From Felis catus (Eukaryota), in contig NC_058383.1 in assembly GCF_018350175.1 (NCBI RefSeq), positions 26,600,001 through 26,664,000 on the forward strand: a stretch of 64,000 nt of DNA, written 5' to 3'. Below, in pieces: positions 56,356-64,000 of the stretch (position 1 is its first letter; every line of letters begins with the position of its first letter). The position numbers were made by a program, and so were the translations under genes. The notes under the pieces are model-generated. The model was given only the letters and a program-made list of their open reading frames with translations. It ran no database searches and was not told where the DNA came from.

Positions 56356-58475
56356 AGTAATGTAACTTTCTGAAAGGAGGAGATCCTGTAAGAAGATGTG
56401 GGAACTAGCTAGGAATGCCAAGACTGACCCTGATTAGTAGGCCCCACTTAATCTTAGAAGAAAGCAAGATGACAGGCATGTCTGGATTTCGGGCCTATGA
56501 TGTGCTTAGGGGTTTAGCAAACCAGAATTGAAGTGTGCTTTTCCACTAAGCCATGATGTCCTCATCTGCATAATGGGAATAGTGGAAAAACTACTTGAAA
56601 GTTGGGGGAAAGATGACGTTATGTAAAACAGTTAATTAGCGCTTGGCAGTCCTATATGTAGTTGTATTTCTCAGGTGAAGTGAGTCCGGAAGAATCTTAA
56701 AAGAGCTGATTGATTATTTCTCTTAATGCCAAGATTGTGAGCTCTAGGAAGACCGGTCGTGTTTTGTTTACTGTTGTATCTCCCCCTAGACTGATGCTTT
56801 GGCACAGTGGATGCCTCTGAAAGTGCATCTTGATTGAATGAATCATCCTCTTGGGCACTGATTCTAAGTACTAAAATAGAACAAAATGGTTCCATTTGTT
56901 GTCAACATGTAGTGGGGATCTTCTGTCCTTTGAAGTGGTCATGGGTAGAAAGAAATATAGGTGCTAAGGTAGGGAAAATTGAGTGGCCAGTTGATGGTTT
57001 TAATGGCAACAGTTCCCTTGTGTTGATGAGGAAGCAGATGGTTTTAGCCCATATTTCTGAGATCCAGTAAATAGAGTAATAACATGATCTGAGAGCTGGT
57101 TGGCCTGAACTAGACTCCGAGGTTTGAGGATCTGGAGACCACTTAGGTTCCTGCTGACAGGATAGCTTACTGCTCAGAGGTGTGGTGTGAACACAGCTTT
57201 TCCTCCCAACCTGCCGTTCCCACAGGCAGGCAGAGACCAGGAGGTAAGTGGGCTGCCAGCATCTTGATCATCTGAGCCTACCAGATGCATTTTGAGTCTG
57301 TTTTTTAAAAGGGGCCTCAGCACCTATCCAGATCCTGGATTTTTAACCTAAAACCTATAGACCGATGACAGACGACCTTTATGAAAACAACATGCACAAT
57401 TGATACTCGTGCATTTGTTTTTGGAGAGACATTCCATAGAGCCTTTGATCAGAGGCTGAAAGAAATTTAGGAAGGTTAAAGAATCACACTACCAAAGACC
57501 TCATCTTAGGACATCTGTGTCCATGGTCAGTGTGTGCTGTGTTCTCATTTACAGGCTGGTTGACCTTACCTTTGAGTAATGTGGGTTCACTCTGGCAATG
57601 GTGCCAGATAGAGGAGCTCTAAGTTCTTAGGGTAAGAATGTCTGTCTTGGTCAAGTCAGCATCTGAGAGATGGCTTCACTGCAGGCTAAGAAGTTTGCTT
57701 CCCACTCCTGACCCCAAAGAAAGCAAGCTCTGGGAGATCCCAAATTTGGTTCTCACTTGATTCCTAATTCCTAAATTAACCACCCCAAATGGCCCTCCCC
57801 TCTGAACCTTGGTTAAGGCTCACCCCACCTGGAATGTCTTTTTCCTGTTCTCTGGAGATGTTCCTAGGAGCCAGCTTAAATGTCTCTTCTGCCATAAGTC
57901 TTCCTCCAGAAGAATATGTGCTGTTACACTTTTCTCCTAAAGATAAGAATGCATTAATAAGTAGGTTTCTTTGCTCCTAAAAATAAGAATGCCTGTTGAA
58001 TGTTTACTATGTGCCAGGCACAGAATTTAGCTTTACATATACCATCTCATTTAATTTCAGCAATTCTTCCAAATGACTACTATTACTGGCTCTCGTTTTT
58101 CAGCTGCAAAATGAAGCGCAAGAGTTGTGAAGCCATGTGTTCAAGATGCTATGAAATGGCAAAGTCAGCATTTAAATGTACAGACTTTCCTGGCCCTTAA
58201 CCATGTTCTGTCATGCTTTCTTGTCTTCACCGTACCTAGGGCTTATGAGATACTTAACATGTCTAGGTGTTTGGGGTACAAGGGTACAAGCATCTGGTCC
58301 CCACCCTCATTGCTCATTGGACCCTTTTCATCTGTAATAGACCGACCTCTCCATGGGGGGGGTGGGGGAAGTCTGTTACTCATCTCTATAACCAGCAGCT
58401 AGACTATCAAAGGGGATATTGACATGTTTAAAAAAAGTCCTTTCTGACTCTTCATGGCTGTGTGGGACAGCATGC

Positions 58476-58663
58476 TTTTTTTTTTTTCTTCGAAGTTTGA
58501 GAGAGAGTGTGCAAGTGGGAGAGGGGCAGAGGGAGAGAGAATCCTAAGCAGGCTCTGTACTGTCAGTGCAGAGCTTGGTGTGAGCTCAGTCTCAGCCATG
58601 AGATCATGACCTGAGCGGATATTAAGAGTTGGGCGCTTAACCAACTGAGCCACCCAGGCACCC
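58476..58663 (-). mobile_element. Can-SINE
   Basis: Antisense SINE flanked by agcatgcttttt. Confidence 0.9.
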
Positions 58664-58680
58664 TGGAGAGCATGCTTTTT

Positions 58681-58830
58681 TTTTTTTTTTTTTTTTTTTG
58701 TCAAATTGGTTTCCATACAACACCCAGTGCTCATCCCAAAAGGTGCCCTCCTCAATACCCATCACCCACCCTCCCCTCCCTCCCACCCCCCCTCAACCCT
58801 CAGTTTGTTCTCAGTTTTTAAGAGTCTCTT
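58681..58830 (-). mobile_element. 5'-truncated felid L1 3' end
   Basis: Reverse complement of the L1 tail at ~12910-13042; flanked by agcatgcttttt. Confidence 0.9.
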
Positions 58831-59259
58831 GAAAGCATGCTTTTTAAAGTGGAATCCTGTCCAGCACCCGTGCTGTGCTGTGTTGAGTCCACAGATTTCC
58901 ATTGACCCAAGAATTGGGAGTAGAGTGGGATGTGGGCGGGATTCAGTGTAGGGTTGTTGTCCTGGCATTCAGGTCCCCCCTTTTATGTTTAAGTGATTTA
59001 ACGGGCAATGGAATTGAAGACCATACAGAAGATAAACCAAAGGAGGCAATTAAAACAAAAACCATGCTTAAACAAATGGACTTTGGAATCAAATGCTGGC
59101 CTCAGTGTGACCTTGGGCTGTTTGCCTTGCCTATGTATCAGTTTCCACATCTTTAATATAGGGATAATAGTAATACTTCTGTGATGGTTGTGAAGATTAA
59201 ATATAATGCTTGTGAAATGCTGGAGTGATAATTAGAGCTATTTGCAAAATACCCTGGTT

Positions 59260-59540
59260 CTTCCCCTGCTGGGCACATGCACTTTCCATGTGACCATTTC
59301 TGGCCAGTGAATTTGCTGTGAGAAGAAGTGCTGTCTGTACCTTCCAAACTGGAGCATTTAGTGGCTGGTGTGAGACCTTTGTGCCTGTTTTCTTTCTGCC
59401 ATGGTGATGGGTGCTGTGCAAGAAGTAGCTGCTTCATTACTCCAGGCCTCAGTGGTGGTGACTGTCCAGAAGCTCCAACCATCTACCAGTGGGAGTGTAG
59501 GAAGAACAAGAAATCATCTGATGATTTGGTTTGTTACATA
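59260..59540 (+). mobile_element. Possible MLT1 (MaLR) LTR remnant
   Basis: ccatgtgacc...tggccagtgaa...gaagtg and ...tttgttac pattern; family from memory. Confidence 0.4.
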
Positions 59541-60549
59541 TCTACTGATATAAGTGTTTAGACCAATCTCTGAGATTTATTAAGGGTTTATGTACTAAAT
59601 TACAAAAAGGAATAGGATGGAATGTAGAATAACAAAAGCAATTCTTTGGGGGGGGGTGTATGGAGACTATAGCACTCTCGGTTCTGAATGTAGTTTTTGT
59701 TTCATCAACTACCTCTGTCCCCCTCCAGGTGTCCATGTGGGTCTTAAATACCCCATCCCCCAGCCCTCTGACACAGATATTCAGTCCCTGGAGGGAGCAC
59801 CTACTGCAAATCAGGTTGAAGATACCTTAAGATATTTTGAACTTGGGAGATGTGTAGTTTGTCTCTCTAAAATGGTGGAAATTATAAGGTGAAAACATTG
59901 AGTGCTCCTGGTTCTCATTATTTCTGCCACATGAAAAAGGTTACTTTGGGCAAAAAGGATGGTCTATGAATGAGCAGCACAGATAAGCTAGATCAAGTCT
60001 TTGTGTGGTTGAGTCTGGGCTCTCCCTGAGATGCTGCTACATCCCTTCCCACGTTTGTATTTTGTGAGCACCGAATAACATTCTCCTCTTTTACTTAAAA
60101 AGAAGTACTTGTTTGAGCTGAAAGCTACTAGTTTGGGCTAAATTTTAGTCATTCATTTGCATACTAATACAGTCCTACTTCCAGCTCTTTCCCTGTTGTG
60201 TTCTGGGACTTTATGGGGTTCGATCTTGCCCTTCCTCAAATGAGGGATGGGAAATTGGTTCTCCCTCCTTTATCAGTTAGTGTTCCTCAGTTGCAAAAAA
60301 CCTCTCAAGCTAGTCTAATTTATTGAAGGATATAAAATAACTTGTGGAATCTCTGGAAGGGCCAGAGAATTCGTTTGGCCTTTGCATCTAGGCATGGATT
60401 TTCCATTTTACCTCTGGCCCATTCTTTGGAGAACTGTAGCTGCTTCTGGACACACAGCTCCCTCTGTGACCCCGTTTTCCTAACATGCTCCTGAGTTCTT
60501 TGCTGTTTCTAGAAGCTTGAGGTTTCTCTGTTACCTTTACTAGAATACC

Positions 60550-60722
60550 CTTGGTACCATGGACACTTTGGGTTGGATAATTCTTTGTTGGGGTGGGGAA
60601 GTCCTGTCTTGTGCAGTGTAGGATGTTTAGCAACATACTTGGCCTCTCCACACTGGATGCCACTTGAGACAACCAGAAATGTCTCCAGGCATTGTCACAT
60701 CCCCCAGGTTGAGAAGCAGTGC
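60550..60722. mobile_element. MER20-like hAT DNA transposon fragment
   Basis: ggataattctttgttgggg...tgtaggatgtttagca...aaatgtctccag...gttgagaa. Confidence 0.75.
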
Positions 60723-61321
60723 TCTATAGGTCAAAAGTTAATAACCCAAATGCAAACAGACAGTGCCAGAGCAAAGTTCAGAAGTAGGCCTGTGTGCCAT
60801 TCATCTATATAAAAGTTGTAGTTCAGGCTATCAAGCTGTTTAATAAAAAAGGTTCTGTCCTCCTACCTTGACAACTTCATAACACCAACCCCCCAAACAA
60901 ATCTTTTTATGTGATAAAGTTGACAAAATATCAAAACAATTTGATTGTTGGATATATTTGAGTAAGTTGATGGGCCAGCAATATTTGGGTGAGAAATAAA
61001 ATGAAGACCTTTGTGACTTACAAACTCTTATATATTTATTTCTTAAAGATTATTTCACTTGCCTTCATTTCCATAAAATCACTAAATAGGTTGTTATAAT
61101 AAATTTTTTTGTGTAATTTGTGTTCTATTGGCAGTAATGACTCAAAGGACAAAATATAATTTTCAAAATTTACAATTTCAGAATATAAAAAAGTTTGAAT
61201 TTATTTTCAGAGAAAATGTAAATGAAGGTTAATGTAAAAAAAAATTAAAAATTTAAATGTTCAGAAACATCAGCTAAGGTTTTCTAAAATATTCAAAAGT
61301 ATTTATTAAAATTATAGGGCA

Positions 61322-61562
61322 AGGGCACCTGGGTGGCTCAGTTGGTTAACCATCTGACTCTTGTTGTCGGCTCAGGTCATGATTTCATGGTTGTGTGAGA
61401 TCGAACCCCGTTTCGGGCTCTGTACTGATGGTGTGGAGCCTACTTGTGTGATTCTCTCTCTCCCTCTATCCCTCCCCTGCTCGCGCTCTCTGTCTCTCTC
61501 TCTGTGTCTGCCCCTCCCCTGCTTGTGCACTGTCTCCCAAAAGAAATAAACATTGAAAAAAT
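61322..61562 (+). mobile_element. Can-SINE
   Basis: gggcacctgggtggctcagttgg head, CT tract, A tail. Confidence 0.9.
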
Positions 61563-62329
61563 TTTTTATTACAGGGCAAAATACAAAGTGTTATATAAGT
61601 AATAGGTATCAAAGTTTTAAAGCAAAGTTGTATAAAGCTGAAATTTTTAAATAATATTTTCAAAACAATCTTATGTAATTTTGTTACACAAGTTTTTGTA
61701 GTTCTAGTATTCAGTGTCTGTAGTTGCTAATGTAAAGAACTGGTGTCACTTCACACATCTTGTGTCTAGATCTCATGCATACAAATTAGAGAGTGATATA
61801 AATTGTTTAAATTGCAGAATGTTCCTTGGCTACAGTAAGCTGAGGACAGCTGAGAACATGAAGAGAAACAGAAAAATGGATGCTCAGCATTGCTGTTATG
61901 TTAGAATCTAATGCATGCATGCCACTCGAGAAGTTAATTAAGTTAATTAATCTGTCATTTCTCTTACCTAAGTGCATTTTCAGTACTTCCTTCTCATCCT
62001 CTGAAGCACTTTGTGTCTACGACATTGGCAGAGGCTGGAATCCACAAACCTTTGTGACCTTTAGATACAGTCGCCTTTTGTTGAGAGATTTTAGGGCAAG
62101 AGGTGAAGCGATCATTCCTTGGGGCCTGAACAGTGGTAGTTATGCAATGGGATGTTGAGGATTACAGATCATGCAGAGCCAGTGCCGAGCACATGATCCT
62201 GAGTGACAAGAGCACCCTCTGTTCCTTCATATGTTATTTTTTTTTTATGTATTTCTGAGATACGGGGCCAATCTTGGTAGGATCTAAGTGCACTACTGGC
62301 TGGAAGGAACCTGGGGAAACAAGTCCCTG

Positions 62330-63945
62330 GCCTCTACCCTGGGGATCTTTAGACTCCATACAGGAATTTTCTCCAAACACAGAGTGCTCGAAAGGTGCTG
62401 GGGAACCAAACATGTAGAATAGAGAAATCCAGGGCTGCGTCCCTCTCCCAGTACAACTAATGAACTGGCAAAAACTGTCAGAATCAGCTTTTGAAGAACC
62501 CGGAAATCTAGTCAAAAACTGAAAACAAGGGAAAGCTTGAAGAGGGAAACTGCTGCTTTATGGTGAGAGTGCTGTGGCATTTTAAAATGGCCATAGGAAG
62601 GGTGCCCAAATGTCTGGTGCTGGTTGCTAGTGCCAGAAGAAGCAATCTAGAACTTATTCTCAAGGAGTGTGGCTGTGGGTATCCAGCTGTCTGGATGGTG
62701 CCTCTCTCAAGAACAGGTGGAAAGGCTTCCTATTTCTTCACTCAGGGCATCCCCAGGGCTGTCATGGCTTTCCAGGTGGCTTTTGCTGAAAGCATTTAAA
62801 GGCACAGGTACTGGCCTCAGTGGCCTGGAACAACACCTGGGACAAGTAATAGACCAAGAAGCCTGGGAAAGAAGAGATTGGGACAGACCTATGTGGGAAT
62901 AGAGCTTTTGGAAGCTTCTGTGTATGCCTGGGAATCAAGAAAGCCATGTGCAGACTAAGAGTGAGACACACATACTTGGCAAAGGCCTAAGAAGACTCGA
63001 AGCTTTCATGTCTTGCTGGCCTTTGGGCTCTGTGCGAGGAGGGAGTGAAGCTAAGGCAGAGTTGTAAGCAGCCAGAATAAACGTTCAAGGAATTAGCCCT
63101 GACATGGTTCCATTTTGCAAAGATACAGGAGAGTATTTTTTTCTTTCCTTAAAAAAATTCTTTCTTTTGTTTGCTGCAGGCATTTAAGGTAACTGTAAGA
63201 TACCAGCTATCTTATCCGAATAAGCTAAAGGAATGCAGAGTTCAGTGGTAAAGAGCACAGACCTCAGTACAAATAGTTGAGAAAGTCTGTAAGCAAGCTA
63301 ACACCAGCAACTCGCAATAGGCAATGGTAAACCCTGGGAGGAAGGAAAATCTGACTTCTAGAGTTGCTACATAAAATAGAAACTGTCCATGAGGCAGCCT
63401 AGATTTTGGACTTACTAGGCAAAGACTTTAAACTGTCTTAAATATGCTCAAAGAGCTCAGGGAAACCAGGAGAACAATGTCTGAGCATATAGAGAATATC
63501 AATAAAGAGGCAGGAATTTTAAAAAGGCACCAAATACGAATTTTGGAGCTGAAGAGTATAACTGAAAGGAAAAACTCATTCACTAGGGAGGCTCAGTAGC
63601 AGATTTGTGCAGGCAGAAGAAGGAATCCGTGAACTTAAAGGTAGGTCAATTGAAATTATTCAGTCTGAGAAGCAGAAGGAGAAAAGAATGAAGAAAAATG
63701 GCCAGAGCTTGAGACCTGTGGTACACCATCAAGAATACTAACATCTGTGTGAATGGGAGTCCCAGAAGGAGTAAAGACAATCAGATCAGTAGAATAGAAT
63801 GAGAGTCTAGAGACACACACACAGATACCATACATCTATGGCCAATTAATTTTGACAAGGGTACTAAAGCCATTTAATGGAGAAAGAATAGTCTCTTCAA
63901 AAAGTTATGCCGGACAACTGGGTATTCATGTGCAAAGAAAGTCGG
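62330..63945 (+). mobile_element. Decayed old L1: 5'/ORF1-like region joined at ~63780 to an ORF2 fragment
   Basis: ORF1-like gtcaattgaaattattcagtctgag...gggagtcccagaaggag, then ORF2-like caattaattttgacaagggt...gaatagtctcttcaa; 5' boundary uncertain. Confidence 0.65.
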
Positions 63946-63951
63946 ACCTTG

Positions 63952-64000
63952 AGGAACACCTGGGTGGCTCAGTCAGTTAAGCGTCTGACTTCAGCTCAGG
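63952..64000 (+). mobile_element. Can-SINE head cut by the window end
   Basis: cacctgggtggctcagtcagttaagcgtctgacttcagctcagg. Confidence 0.85.

Overview
Mammalian genomic DNA from a felid, judged by cat-type Can-SINEs and cat-type L1 3' ends. It holds three tandem + strand genes in the same order as the human SMG1-ARL6IP1-RPS15A cluster. (1) The 3' half of SMG1, the PIKK-family nonsense-mediated decay (NMD) kinase: 25 coding exons from 698 to the TGA at 27297-27299, reading as one frame of 1662 codons plus stop, followed by a ~4.4 kb repeat-free 3' UTR. (2) Complete ARL6IP1: 6 exons, 203 aa, CpG-island/TATA promoter. (3) Complete RPS15A/uS8: non-coding 5'TOP exon plus 4 coding exons, 130 aa. 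The remainder is SINE, L1, L2 and DNA-transposon sequence. I found no unknown protein-coding gene or prokaryotic-type system. The most interesting signals are at the RNA-processing level. These are a SINE insertion whose target-site duplication copied an SMG1 splice donor, a GC-AG intron with a stop-creating alternative acceptor, a kinase-domain exon that rebuilds its upstream donor after splicing, a stop-start ORF chain behind the SMG1 stop, several poison-exon candidates in RPS15A intron 3, and phase-compatible read-through junctions between the three genes. All are sequence-based hypotheses that need RNA data. Exon boundaries were read base by base; repeat boundaries are approximate.
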